The position numbers were made by a program, and so were the translations under genes. From Methanothermobacter thermautotrophicus str. Delta H (lineage in GTDB: Archaea; Methanobacteriota; Methanobacteria; Methanobacteriales; Methanothermobacteraceae), in assembly GCF_000008645.1 (NCBI RefSeq), contig NC_000916.1:1470001-1502000 (forward strand): a stretch of DNA of 32,000 nucleotides. The letters are read 5' to 3'. Under the pieces are notes generated by a model, which had not been told where the DNA came from, ran no database searches, and saw nothing but the letters and a program-made list of their open reading frames with translations. Positions 6,374-15,881 of this stretch are shown one piece after another (positions within the stretch are counted from its first letter, which is position 1; the number at the start of each line of letters is the position of its first letter).

Positions 6374-7648
6374 CTATCTTTCAGGTGTTACATCGATAAG
6401 GAATACCGAGGCAATTTCTCGGGAGGGCCTCACAATCTTTAACCTGAACAATTTCGTCCTTCCATGGTGGGGGTAGCTTATCATTTCTTCCAGTTCAACA
6501 TCCCCCATGATGGCCCCCTTGATCTTCTTCAGATCTTCCTCATCAAGACCCCTGAGGACGTCATGGACTCCCAGGGATCCAGAGCATTCCTCCACCCCTG
6601 TTATTATTGAGGCCTCCCTGTTGAGTTCCAGGAGCGCTGGTTCCCCATGGTCCACCTGAAAATTCAGTATTGCAACGGGGGATAATTCAAAGATCCTCTT
6701 AAGAATTCTCTCCCTCTGGGCCGTTCTGGCTACCCTCTCCTCCATCTCCTTCAGGATTTCACGGGATTCAATGTAGAATGACACATCCCCTGCAAGTTCC
6801 ATGAGAAGTTTCACTTCCTCCTCATCGAAGGCATCCCTCTCCCCCGAGTAAACCGTGAGGGCTCCTATGGTCTCACCCTTAACAGTGAGGGGAAGACCAA
6901 TGACTGACATGAATCCCCTCTCAACGGCCCTATCCCTCCAGGGGGTGAATCTGGGATCCTCTCCGGTGTCCCTTATTATGACGGGTTCCCCTTCCCTTAT
7001 TGACCTTCCTGTCGGGCCCTCCCCGTATACGCTATCATCCCACCTGATGGTTACTGAGTCAAGGTAGCCTTCATGGAATCCGTACTCTGCAACGGGCCTC
7101 ACAGACCTCTCCTCATCATTCTCTGCAAGGCCTATCCAGGCCATCCTGTAACCACCGACCTCGACGATGATCCGGCATACCTCTCTCAGAAGTTTTTCAG
7201 GGTCATTTATCCTTACAATGGCCTGGTTACAGTCGCTGAGCATTCTGAGGTTACGGTTAAGTTTTTTTATCTGTAACTGGCTCCGGTGCCTCTGAACCGC
7301 CAGTTCAATGCTGAATAGGAGCTCCTTCTCATCAAAGGGCTTTATCAGGTATCCGTAGGGTTCCACTTCCCTGGCCCTCTCCATGGTGGAGCCCTCTGAG
7401 TGGGCTGATAGAAAAACCACAGGTATGTCAAGGCTACGAATTTCTTTTGCAGCATCAACACCGTTCAGGGGGCCCTTGAGGACTATGTCCATTAAAATTA
7501 GATCAGGGTGGTGCTTCTGTGCAAGTTCAACTGCAGTCTCACCACTGTATGCAACCCCCACAACATCATATCCCCAGAACTCCAGCTTTCTCTGGAGATC
7601 CATCGCCGTTATTGCCTCATCCTCTACAAGGAGTATCCTTACACCCAT
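6374..7648 (-). CDS. Response regulator with a receiver domain followed by GAF and PAS-like domains and no DNA-binding or kinase output
   Basis: The REC domain reads RILLVEDE...DLILMDIVL...GYLIKPF. The central GAF-like region reads RMAWIGL...GEGPTG...GALTVYS. The C-terminal PAS-like segment ends FLIDVTPER. I place the start at the internal ATG (7648) because GGAG lies at 7657-7660 and a TATA-like box at 7684-7697. The longest ORF starts at 7678. Confidence 0.85.
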   Translation of the reverse strand: MGVRILLVEDEAITAMDLQRKLEFWGYDVVGVAYSGETAVELAQKHHPDLILMDIVLKGPLNGVDAAKEIRSLDIPVVFLSAHSEGSTMERAREVEPYGYLIKPFDEKELLFSIELAVQRHRSQLQIKKLNRNLRMLSDCNQAIVRINDPEKLLREVCRIIVEVGGYRMAWIGLAENDEERSVRPVAEYGFHEGYLDSVTIRWDDSVYGEGPTGRSIREGEPVIIRDTGEDPRFTPWRDRAVERGFMSVIGLPLTVKGETIGALTVYSGERDAFDEEEVKLLMELAGDVSFYIESREILKEMEERVARTAQRERILKRIFELSPVAILNFQVDHGEPALLELNREASIITGVEECSGSLGVHDVLRGLDEEDLKKIKGAIMGDVELEEMISYPHHGRTKLFRLKIVRPSREIASVFLIDVTPER

Positions 7649-7683
7649 ATGAAAGTCTCCACATGGGTAATGTGACATGGCTG

Positions 7684-7697
7684 TATAAAAATTTTTG
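7684..7697 (-). promoter_or_regulatory. Candidate TATA box for the response regulator gene
   Basis: The minus strand reads CAAAAATTTTTATA, centred about 40 nt upstream of the ATG at 7648. Confidence 0.35.
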
Positions 7698-7736
7698 TAT
7701 TCTGTATTTTATCTGCATGGATGTCCATTAATCAGT

Positions 7737-8813
7737 TCATGCGAATAGCTGTTCCACCATCCATTCGGGTTTGAATTCCATTATGTCATCGTAGCCCTGC
7801 CCGATCCCCATGAATATTATGGGCCTTTTGATCATGTAGCCTATGGACAATGCTGCGCCTCCGCGCGCATCTGCATCAGCCTTTGTCAGTATAACTGCGT
7901 CTATGCCAACGGCTTCATCAAATCGGGCTGCCTGTTCAATGGCATCGTTTCCTGTCAGCGCATCACCGACAAACACTATGAGGTCTGGCCTGACGACCCT
8001 CTTTATCTTGGCCATCTCGTCCATGAGGTTCACGTTGGTCTGCATCCTCCCTGCGGTGTCTATGAGGACGACATCCTTTCCCTGGGCCTTTGCATGGGAT
8101 ACCGCGTCAAAGGCAACGGCGGCGGGGTCGGCTCCCTTGCGGTGGCTTATTAGCTTGACTCCGAGTTTATCTGCGTGCTGACCTATCTGCTCTATTGCAC
8201 CGGCACGGAAGGTGTCTGCAGCTGCTATCACGGGCTCAAGGCCCTTTTTCATGAAGTATCTGGCCACCTTTGCTATGGTGGTTGTCTTGCCGGTCCCGTT
8301 TATACCAACAAACATTATAACAAGGGGTTTCTTCTTCTCCACGAGCTGCGGGAGGTCCACACCGTCAACGCTGAGAACATCCTTAACAGCCTTTTTAAGG
8401 GCTTCCATTGTGTATTCTGATATTTCGGTGCTCCTCTTAACCTTCCTTCCAACCAGTTCTTCCTTCAACTCTGTGGTGATTTTTTCAGCCACTTCAAGGG
8501 CCACGTCACTTTCCAGGAGGGCCATTTCCAGGTCCCAGAGTACATCATCCACGTCCTTTTCTGTTATCCTTTTTTCCCTGAAAAATGAGAGGAAACCTGA
8601 ACCCCCCTCCCCTGCATCGGGAGCGGGTTCCTCTGAACTCGTATCATCTGGTTCTTCAGTTCTAACCTCTTCTTCAGGTTTACCTTCTGGAATGGGCTCG
8701 GGACCCCTATCCTCAGACTTATCCTCTTCGGACCGGGGTTCCTGGCCTGATGAGACCTTCTCGGTGATTTTGCCAACGGTTTCACTGAATTTTTTCTTCA
8801 GAGACTCAAACAC
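7737..8813 (-). CDS. ftsY: Signal recognition particle receptor FtsY
   Basis: SRP-GTPase motifs GINGTGKTTTIAK, DTAGRM and TKADA follow an acidic N-terminal region. The GTG start sits directly after the pfdA stop (TAAGTG). Confidence 0.95.
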   Translation of the reverse strand: MFESLKKKFSETVGKITEKVSSGQEPRSEEDKSEDRGPEPIPEGKPEEEVRTEEPDDTSSEEPAPDAGEGGSGFLSFFREKRITEKDVDDVLWDLEMALLESDVALEVAEKITTELKEELVGRKVKRSTEISEYTMEALKKAVKDVLSVDGVDLPQLVEKKKPLVIMFVGINGTGKTTTIAKVARYFMKKGLEPVIAAADTFRAGAIEQIGQHADKLGVKLISHRKGADPAAVAFDAVSHAKAQGKDVVLIDTAGRMQTNVNLMDEMAKIKRVVRPDLIVFVGDALTGNDAIEQAARFDEAVGIDAVILTKADADARGGAALSIGYMIKRPIIFMGIGQGYDDIMEFKPEWMVEQLFA

Positions 8814-9239
8814 TTACTCTCCACTTCCCCTTACCTTTTTGAGGAGTTCCTCTGCCTGAGGAGATAATTTCATCATGATGTCTGTTATCTTACGCAGGTT
8901 CTCACCCATCTTCTGAAGTGTTGACTCCAGTTCATTCTTCTGGGACTTAATGCTCTCCATTGCATCCTCGAAGTTCTTCTTTATGGCTACACCTGCACCG
9001 ACACTCATTATAACTTCACTGGTATCCTTGAGCTCTGCCTTTATGAAGGAGCCGGCACCCACAGGTACCAGGGTCTCGGAGCCATCCTTTCCCTGTATAT
9101 CACTGAGGGTCTTCTCAAGGATTTCAAGTTCACTGATGGTGGCCCTCACGGCCTCCATCTGCTGCTGTATGAGTTCGACCTGGCTCTGGTAGATGTTCAG
9201 CTGGTTCACTATCTCCTCGAGCCTCTGCTGGTCTTCCAT
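8814..9239 (-). CDS. pfdA: Prefoldin alpha subunit
   Basis: This 141-aa protein has coiled-coil N- and C-terminal arms around a central beta-hairpin region ([14 protein letters not shown]...[10 protein letters not shown]). It occupies the conserved position between LX and ftsY. Confidence 0.9.
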   Translation of the reverse strand: MEDQQRLEEIVNQLNIYQSQVELIQQQMEAVRATISELEILEKTLSDIQGKDGSETLVPVGAGSFIKAELKDTSEVIMSVGAGVAIKKNFEDAMESIKSQKNELESTLQKMGENLRKITDIMMKLSPQAEELLKKVRGSGE

Positions 9240-9243
9240 GTGA

Positions 9244-9480
9244 TCACCTCTGGACCAGCGCCTTGACCACCGGGTCCTGAACCTCCTCAGGTGATATCTC
9301 CTCTATCTCCTCTATTTTAACTTTGCTCCTTGGAACCCTGTGTTTGCTCCCGAATTCAGAGTAGAGCCTCTCATAGATTTCCTCTTCCCTTATTGCATTG
9401 AGCTCCTTTGTGAATGGCTGAAGCTTATCACCCATCAGGAACTTTCCTTTAACCCTAAATATCTTTGTCTTCATTTTCAT
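9244..9480 (-). CDS. rplX: 50S ribosomal protein LX (L18Ae/L20A family)
   Basis: The 78-aa sequence is [19 protein letters not shown]...[16 protein letters not shown]. Its ATG overlaps the aIF6 stop (ATGA at 9477-9480). Confidence 0.85.
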   Translation of the reverse strand: MKMKTKIFRVKGKFLMGDKLQPFTKELNAIREEEIYERLYSEFGSKHRVPRSKVKIEEIEEISPEEVQDPVVKALVQR

Positions 9481-10145
9481 CCCTCAAGAAAACCTAAAGC
9501 TTCTTCTATCCTTGCAAGTTCTGGCCCTGTGGTTTCCTCACCCACAAGGACACCGTTTGAGTTGGCCACCGAACAGGCACCTATAAGTGTGACTCCATGG
9601 TTGACTGTGCCAACGTCGGCCTCCACTCCCAGGGTATCCTCTATGATACCTATTTCCTCAGATGATGCCTGGGGATTCAGCAGGGCACCACGGTTGGTAG
9701 CTGCACCCATGGAGCCTACGATGTTGAGGCCTGCAAGTGTGGATACTTTAACGTCAACCTCAAGCACATCCCCTATAACCTGCAGCGCATCATCTGACAG
9801 CAGTGGACTTGCAACGGCACCGTTGTCATTGGCCAGCACAAGGTTACCGACTGCAGTAAACCTTTCAGGGATCCTGACAGCCTCCACACCGGCAGCTGCA
9901 AGGGCATCGATTTCACGGTCCATGGCCTGATTTGAGACCACGAATCCATTTGAGTTGCCCACGGCAAGGGCACCGTTTAGGCTGCTGCCACTGATGGACA
10001 CCTTCAGGACCTCAACTTCAAGGGCTTCCCTGAGAACACCCTCAAACTTTTCAGGGGTGTTCTGTGGTATCAGGGCCACACTGTCGGTTACAGAGATGTA
10101 AACTCCCAGGTTCGGGTTTCCACTGAGGTTGATCCTTCTAATCAT
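9477..10145 (-). CDS. eif6: Translation initiation factor 6 (aIF6)
   Basis: This 222-aa protein starts [16 protein letters not shown] and shows the repeated pentein-like segments typical of eIF6. Confidence 0.92.
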   Translation of the reverse strand: MIRRINLSGNPNLGVYISVTDSVALIPQNTPEKFEGVLREALEVEVLKVSISGSSLNGALAVGNSNGFVVSNQAMDREIDALAAAGVEAVRIPERFTAVGNLVLANDNGAVASPLLSDDALQVIGDVLEVDVKVSTLAGLNIVGSMGAATNRGALLNPQASSEEIGIIEDTLGVEADVGTVNHGVTLIGACSVANSNGVLVGEETTGPELARIEEALGFLEG

Positions 10146-10159
10146 AATTCACCATCATT

Positions 10160-10405
10160 TCATTCTTCGAGTGTGGCTTCAACAACACCGTCTTCATCCT
10201 TAACGGCCTTGACCTTTATTCTTGGGGGTATCTTCTGGATACCTCTCTCCCAGAGTTTTTCGTTGATTGACTCGTCGAGTTTAACGGTGTCTGCCTTCAT
10301 ATGTTTCATGAGAAATTCCCTGACAATCTTAACAGCCTTCGGCGCTCTTATGGTCCTTGGCACGTTCTTGGCCTTTCTGAGAGGTATGACATAAATCCTT
10401 TCCAT
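10160..10405 (-). CDS. rpl31e: 50S ribosomal protein L31e
   Basis: The 81-aa sequence is [32 protein letters not shown]...[14 protein letters not shown]. Confidence 0.93.
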   Translation of the reverse strand: MERIYVIPLRKAKNVPRTIRAPKAVKIVREFLMKHMKADTVKLDESINEKLWERGIQKIPPRIKVKAVKDEDGVVEATLEE

Positions 10406-10416
10406 ATCCAGTCCTC

Positions 10417-10572
10417 CTATACCTTGAGTTTGGTCCTTCTCCAGTGCCTCATCTTTGGATGGCTTCGAACCCTGTAGTTTGTCTTAACCATAACCCATGC
10501 GGGCACCCTTCTGTTCTGTCTGTTAGCCTTTGCCATTCTGAGTTTCCTGGCAACATGTTTATTTCTACTCAT
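10417..10572 (-). CDS. rpl39e: 50S ribosomal protein L39e (51 aa, below the ORF-track cutoff)
   Basis: My own translation of the minus strand gives [51 protein letters not shown]-stop. GGAGGATG lies upstream, and the ATG overlaps the upstream gene's stop (ATGA at 10569-10572). Confidence 0.9.
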   Translation of the reverse strand: MSRNKHVARKLRMAKANRQNRRVPAWVMVKTNYRVRSHPKMRHWRRTKLKV

Positions 10573-11174
10573 TTAGCATCCTCCTTCATTTTGGTGTTCC
10601 AGCCAGTGACCCTGGTCTGGAAGTGAACAGGGAAGAATGATTCTGAACTGTGGCCCATCTCCTCAAGGAGGAGGCGGACCTCAACCTCGTAGTCGGAGCT
10701 GTTATCGATACTGCTTCTCTCCCTCCTCAGGCTGAAGAGCATCGATGCAAGTCTGTTAACGGTCCTGTGACCGAGACCATCCAGGTTCACATATTCAATG
10801 TTCAGGCGGTCTTCGAGGCTCTGTATCTCGTCCCTTGTTAGTTTAGGGGTCCTGTCGTCACGTCGCGTTCCATCGGCAACCATGTCGTACTCGGTGGCTG
10901 CGGCTTCAACTGCCATCCTGTGTATGTGCTTTATACCATTATTCGGAAACCCGTCATTGATTATCGTCTCAGCAGCGTCCCTCAGGATTTCATCGCCGAG
11001 TTTAAGAACACGGTGTGGAAATCCAAGGGATGCAGCTGCATCAGATGCTGGCTTCCATGAATCATGGATCCCGAAGTTCACAGTCACCAGCTCTGGCTGT
11101 ATCCCCAGCCGCTGGAGCATCACAGCCGCCAGTGAACTGTCCTTACCGCCACTGTAGAGTACGCATGCATTCAT
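10569..11174 (-). CDS. PP-loop superfamily ATPase (N-type ATP pyrophosphatase fold), specific function unknown
   Basis: An N-terminal SGGKDS PP-loop occurs in [15 protein letters not shown]. The 201-aa gene occupies the slot next to L39e/L31e where archaeal genomes commonly carry a PP-loop ATPase. Confidence 0.75.
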   Translation of the reverse strand: MNACVLYSGGKDSSLAAVMLQRLGIQPELVTVNFGIHDSWKPASDAAASLGFPHRVLKLGDEILRDAAETIINDGFPNNGIKHIHRMAVEAAATEYDMVADGTRRDDRTPKLTRDEIQSLEDRLNIEYVNLDGLGHRTVNRLASMLFSLRRERSSIDNSSDYEVEVRLLLEEMGHSSESFFPVHFQTRVTGWNTKMKEDAK

Positions 11175-11183
11175 TTTACCAGA

Positions 11184-11519
11184 CTATTTGCGGCTGATCT
11201 TTATCTCCCTCTTTTTACCCGCAACCCTTTTAAGCAGCTCCTTCAGCTGTTCATCGGTGATCTTTGACCTTACACGCCCCATCTGGGCCAGCTGTATGAG
11301 CTGCAGTTCTATCTGCTCAACGAAGTCCGGTCTTGTCAGACGGAGGTTGGCCAGACGGCTACGGGCTTCAGGGGTGAGTATCTGCATCATTATCTGTTTT
11401 TTCTGCATTTCCAGCTGCTGACGCATCTGTTCCTGTGCTTCAGCTTCCATCGCCTGCTGCTGAGCCTTCTGCTGGAGCTCCAGCATCTTCTTGCGACGTA
11501 TCTCTTCGAGGTCTGTCAA
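11184..11519 (-). CDS. PDCD5/TFAR19-related DNA-binding protein
   Basis: This 111-aa helical, Q/E/K-rich protein contains ILTPEARSRLANLRLTRPDFVEQIELQLIQLAQMG, characteristic of the dsDNA-binding PDCD5 family. It lies adjacent to rps19e. Confidence 0.85.
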   Translation of the reverse strand: MTDLEEIRRKKMLELQQKAQQQAMEAEAQEQMRQQLEMQKKQIMMQILTPEARSRLANLRLTRPDFVEQIELQLIQLAQMGRVRSKITDEQLKELLKRVAGKKREIKISRK

Positions 11520-11553
11520 CTATGAAACCTCCTGAGGCCCCTCTGGGATAGTT

Positions 11554-11991
11554 TCAGTACCTTTCAAGTCCTTCAACTTCTTTCTTTACCTCTGCAGCGG
11601 CCTTGTCAAGGAATGATCTGCCTTCGGGTGTTATAACCCTTCCATTTTCTTCCCTCTTTATTAGACCTGATTCCTCCAGCTGCTGCAGGGCCCTTCTGAT
11701 TATGGCACCGCTACCCCTTCTGAACTTTTCAGGGCGTGAGCCCCTGTCCTTCTTACCGCCGTAATGTGTCCTGAGGCTGTTAACACCCACAGGACCATCA
11801 ATGTAAACTCTTCTGAGGAGGGCTGCGGCCCTTACATACCACCAGTCAGGATTCTCAGGTCTTCTTTCCTTGTGGACACCTGTTTTAACAAAGTTAACCC
11901 ATTCAGGGGATTTAACCTTACTGTCATTTTTCAGTTCCTCAGCAACCCTGTTTATGAGCAGATCTGCTGGCACGTCATAAACTGTAGTCAT
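11554..11991 (-). CDS. rps19e: 30S ribosomal protein S19e
   Basis: The 145-aa sequence contains [21 protein letters not shown]...[19 protein letters not shown]...[15 protein letters not shown]. Confidence 0.93.
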   Translation of the reverse strand: MTTVYDVPADLLINRVAEELKNDSKVKSPEWVNFVKTGVHKERRPENPDWWYVRAAALLRRVYIDGPVGVNSLRTHYGGKKDRGSRPEKFRRGSGAIIRRALQQLEESGLIKREENGRVITPEGRSFLDKAAAEVKKEVEGLERY

Positions 11992-12001
11992 ATTTATCCT
12001 C

Positions 12002-12265
12002 CTAAGATCTTTTTTTGAAAATTATTGCCACATTTCCTCTTAAATCTATGAGCTTAGAATTTGTTTTTTCAACTATCTCTGTAATATAACTTTCTTTTTC
12101 AGAGGCCACCGTCCTGGCAAATCTTATCTTTATCAGTTCATTTGCCTTGAGCTGCCTCTTAACCTCTTCAATGAGGCTATCTGTCACTCTGGCTTTCCCC
12201 ACATTTATTGTGAGCGCCGACAGTGATCTGTTCATCAGTTCCTTCTTTGGTGGTGTGAGACTCAA
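12002..12265 (-). CDS. CRS1/YhbY (CRM) domain RNA-binding protein
   Basis: The 87-aa sequence has [47 protein letters not shown], matching the YhbY pattern L-T-x-K-x(n)-IGK-x-G-x-T...HELIK. It has a TTG start with AAGGAGA upstream. Confidence 0.8.
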
Positions 12266-12599
12266 TCTTATTTCTCCTTCTATCCTTTTTTTCCCTGATA
12301 TAAGGGAATCTCATGATGTGACCGCACTCGTGGCACCTAAAATTAACCTTCCCATCAGCTATCCTGACGGTGCAGTTTGCCCCGGGTTTAAGGAAACTGT
12401 AACATTTCCTGCAGAACCTCCTCCTCCATTCCCTGGGGATTCTAACCCTGTATTTCATTGCGATGTTTCTTGCAAGTTCGGTGTACCTGTGCGATCTATG
12501 GGGATTAGCTGAAAATTCACGGTCAGCCATTCTGAAAAGGATGTCTATTCTCTCTTCAGCAATTTTTAACATCCATCGTGGTCTCTTTCCTCTCCTCAA
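12177..12599 (-). CDS. rnp4: RNase P protein component 4 (Rpp21/Rpr2 family)
   Basis: [14 protein letters not shown] is followed by the zinc ribbon CRKC-x(n)-CHECG and then RFPYIREKK. It has a TTG start with GAGAGGT upstream. The non-conserved C-terminal tail overlaps the YhbY-like gene by 89 nt. Confidence 0.85.
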
Positions 12600-12717
12600 G
12601 GTTTAACCTCTCATAACGGAATAGAACATCCACATCTTGCACATTGAGATGGTGTACTGACTGCACAAGAAGAATATTATAAGTGCTTTGTGTTTCCATA
12701 TTTAAAAACCTTTTCCA

Positions 12718-13233
12718 TCATCCAAGAAGCCATCCTGAGAAATCCACTCCCCCCGGGGGACATACCCTTGAACCATTCATGATATCGGTGATGATATCGG
12801 CAACCTCATGGGGGGATCTTCCTGTTGTATCGACCTCATGAACACGCTCCCCATGTATTTCGAAGGCCTCAACGGTGCACACATCCAGCGCTTCGGCCTC
12901 GAGGTTTTCAAGCACCTTACCTTCAGGGTAGCCCCTCCCCTCAAGCCTGCCCCTGAGTACCTCCGGGTGGAGTCTGAGGACGATCACCATGCTGCAGGAT
13001 CTGCAGAGGTGGGAGAGGTGACCCTCCACCACATCCAGACCCTCCATTTCCTGGAGGTGACTGCATGCGGCCTCAATGTCGGCTTCAAGGTATCCCCTGA
13101 TGGGGTCGCGTCCAAGGACGAATCCCTTCTGCCTTATGAGTTCCCCGAGGGATATGACCTCCAGTCCCCTCTCCCTCAATATACCCGCCAGGGTTGTCTT
13201 CCCGACGCCGGGTGTTCCGGTTATGCAGATCAT
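12718..13233 (-). CDS. Fap7/AK6-like putative adenylate kinase (nucleoside-triphosphatase)
   Basis: A P-loop sits at the N-terminus (MICITGTPGVGKTT). The 171-aa size and sequence pattern fit archaeal Fap7-type kinases. Confidence 0.8.
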   Translation of the reverse strand: MICITGTPGVGKTTLAGILRERGLEVISLGELIRQKGFVLGRDPIRGYLEADIEAACSHLQEMEGLDVVEGHLSHLCRSCSMVIVLRLHPEVLRGRLEGRGYPEGKVLENLEAEALDVCTVEAFEIHGERVHEVDTTGRSPHEVADIITDIMNGSRVCPPGGVDFSGWLLG

Positions 13234-13337
13234 GATTTCACAGTCTCGCCTTGCTGACTGGAACCGTGGCCCATTTCTCCTTTTTCATTGCCTCTGTGTG
13301 CGGTGGCTGTTCAATGGTGGTGGTAAGACGCAGACAT

Positions 13338-14114
13338 TCATTTCAGCTTCTCGATTATCATCTCTGCAACACGTCGACCTGAGACCAGCATACCACCAAA
13401 TATGGGCCCCATCCTGGGGGCGCCGTATACGGCGTTGCTCGCCATTCCAGCCACATAGAGGTTGGGGTAGACCTCCCTCGTGTTTTCAATGAGGGCAGCC
13501 TCCCCCACGTCGGCCCACATGGACCTCTCGCCCTGTATCCTGCCATCGGGGGTGTTGAGTTCCGGTCCGATCTTCCTCTCCACCACCTTCACTATCTCAC
13601 AGTCATGACCCGTTGCATCGATGACTGCTCTGGCCCTGACTGTGAGGGGATCAACGTGGAGGCCCGCCATTTCAACTGAGCTCCAGTTGAGCACAAGACC
13701 TGTTATCCCCTCGTCGCGGATCATAACGTCCTCTATGCTCATGAGGTTGAATATCTTCAGTCCGGCCTGGCAGGCCCTGGAACACAGGGTGGAGGTCGCC
13801 TCCACCGAATCAGCCACATGGTATCCCTCATCATAGGGTTCTGACCTTATTCCGAATTCATCGAGGATCTCACGGCCCTCGTCCTGGACGACGATCTTGT
13901 TGAACATCATACCGCCGCCCCACATTCCACCACCAATGGAGAGCTTGCGCTCAAAGAGCGCCACCTTCAGACCGGCCCTTGCAAGGTAGTAGCCTGCTGT
14001 TAGACCGGAGGGGCCCCCTCCGCCGATAGCAACATCCATCTCCATGTAGTCCAGGAGATCCTCCATGTATCCTTCAACAATTGCTCTTGAAATTTTTATA
14101 TCATCAAGCTTCAT
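13338..14114 (-). CDS. thi4: Thiazole synthase Thi4 family (thiamine biosynthesis)
   Basis: The sequence has the FAD/NAD-type motif [19 protein letters not shown] and the Thi4 pattern ...GMWGGGMMF...DATGHD...GMA. I place the start at the internal ATG because AGGTG lies 6 nt upstream. The longest ORF starts at 14138. Confidence 0.9.
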   Translation of the reverse strand: MKLDDIKISRAIVEGYMEDLLDYMEMDVAIGGGGPSGLTAGYYLARAGLKVALFERKLSIGGGMWGGGMMFNKIVVQDEGREILDEFGIRSEPYDEGYHVADSVEATSTLCSRACQAGLKIFNLMSIEDVMIRDEGITGLVLNWSSVEMAGLHVDPLTVRARAVIDATGHDCEIVKVVERKIGPELNTPDGRIQGERSMWADVGEAALIENTREVYPNLYVAGMASNAVYGAPRMGPIFGGMLVSGRRVAEMIIEKLK

Positions 14115-14147
14115 CTTCACACCTGCATGTATTTCCATAAGAAGCGG

Positions 14148-15242
14148 TCACTTCTTTATTATGATCCTCAGGACGTCCTCATCATTGAGGACATGTTCAA
14201 GGCCCACCTTCTGGCCGTCGAATTTAACAGAGCTCCCCCAGACCCTTGCATGTCTGAATTTACGCACAAAGTCCCTGTGGAGCTTCTGGCACACATCGCC
14301 AACGGTTGACCCTTCCCTGATGATGAGGGGTTCGTCGTAATCAGCCTTTTTACCCTGGGGCTTCAGGTATATCCTTATGAGGCCCAGTCTGTTAAATATT
14401 TCCTCCCTGAGCTCATCGATGTTGATGTCCCTGTCTGCGGAGATGAAGAGGGCTTCCGGGAATTTCTCCCTGAGACCCTCAAGATAGGATTCATCCACAA
14501 GGTCTATCTTGTTTATAACGGTGATGGCCGGTATGTAGGCGCGGTTGGCCTCCATGACGTCTATGAACTGGTCAACGGTTATGTCATCCCTTATGAGGAC
14601 GTCGGCATTGTGGATTCCGTACTCATTGAGGACTGACCTTATGATCTTCTCATCAAGGTGTGTGAGTTCGACCGTTGCTGAGAGCTTCACACCACCCAGT
14701 TTTCTCCTCTTAACAATCACATCAGGGGGCGTCTCGTTGGGTCTTATACCAACATCCCTCAGCTCCCTGAGGATTATGTCCATGTGGTCTGTGTTGAAGA
14801 CATCAAGGACTATCACTATGAGGTCGGCGCTCCTGGCAACTGAGAGTATCTCCCTTCCACGGCCCCTCCCACGGGAGGCCCCGGTTATTATCCCGGGTAT
14901 GTCAAATATCTGTATCTGGGCCCCCCGGTACTCCATGACGCCCGGGACGATCTCAAGGGTTGTGAACTGATAGTCACCCACCTTTGACTCTGCACTGGTT
15001 AACTCGTTGAGGAGTGTTGATTTCCCAACAGATGGAAAACCGATGAGGACCACGGTGGAGTCTCCAGACTTTTTGATATGGAATCCTCTCCCCTTTCCAG
15101 ATGAGGTCTTCCTCTGGAGGGCCTCCTCCTTGAGGCGGGAGATCTTTGCCTTCAGTTTACCTATATGGTGGGCTGTGGCCTTGTTGTATGGTGTCTTCTG
15201 AATCTCCTCTTCTATCTTTCTGATCTTCTCTTCGATATCCAT
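14148..15242 (-). CDS. DRG/Obg-family GTPase with a C-terminal TGS domain
   Basis: G1 is [10 protein letters not shown]3 is DIPG and G4 is NKID, with a C-terminal TGS-like segment. The conserved N-terminus starts [17 protein letters not shown]. The longest ORF extends to 15290, so the start is uncertain. Confidence 0.88.
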   Translation of the reverse strand: MDIEEKIRKIEEEIQKTPYNKATAHHIGKLKAKISRLKEEALQRKTSSGKGRGFHIKKSGDSTVVLIGFPSVGKSTLLNELTSAESKVGDYQFTTLEIVPGVMEYRGAQIQIFDIPGIITGASRGRGRGREILSVARSADLIVIVLDVFNTDHMDIILRELRDVGIRPNETPPDVIVKRRKLGGVKLSATVELTHLDEKIIRSVLNEYGIHNADVLIRDDITVDQFIDVMEANRAYIPAITVINKIDLVDESYLEGLREKFPEALFISADRDINIDELREEIFNRLGLIRIYLKPQGKKADYDEPLIIREGSTVGDVCQKLHRDFVRKFRHARVWGSSVKFDGQKVGLEHVLNDEDVLRIIIKK

Positions 15243-15286
15243 ACCACTCACATGAACATTGTTGAAGCCGGGAAAAATCAGTGTAA

Positions 15287-15751
<465 letters not shown>

Positions 15752-15881
15752 AGTTCTGCCAGAAACTTCTTTTATTTGCCTGTTTTTATAATGAGGTACT
15801 GAAATTTATTTTTTCATTAAGAGTTTTTAGGCGGCTTAATTTCTTGAAGAGATCATGGCCGTGTAAAATGAAAAATGTGGG
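15752..15881. terminator. Convergent terminator region between the CBS gene and aglB
   Basis: The plus strand has T-tracts TTCTTTTATTTGCCTGTTTTTA at 15767-15788. The minus strand has CATTTTTCATTTTAC just past the aglB stop, at about 15862-15878. Confidence 0.4.

Noticed and set aside
6234-6476. 80-aa plus-strand ORF between the tautomerase-family gene and the response regulator
   Set aside because: It starts inside the tautomerase-family gene and runs antisense into the response regulator's 3' end. It has no ribosome-binding site and no recognisable similarity.
8212-8859. Long antisense ORFs within real genes, for example 8212-8859 plus, 190-804 minus, 9340-9930 plus, 21517-21903 plus, 21910-22224 plus, 22228-22608 plus and 16666-17193 plus
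   Set aside because: They are Ser/Leu/Thr-rich mirror frames of well-supported genes on the opposite strand. They have no ribosome-binding sites or recognisable families.
12286-12292. The T7 (A7 on the coding strand) homopolymer in the Rpp21 gene as a frameshift site explaining the long overlap with the YhbY-like gene
   Set aside because: The frame downstream of the run encodes KKDRRRNK, matching the basic tail expected for Rpp21 proteins. One extra A would truncate the protein before that tail, and one fewer would fuse it to YhbY. The present frame is therefore most likely correct at this site.
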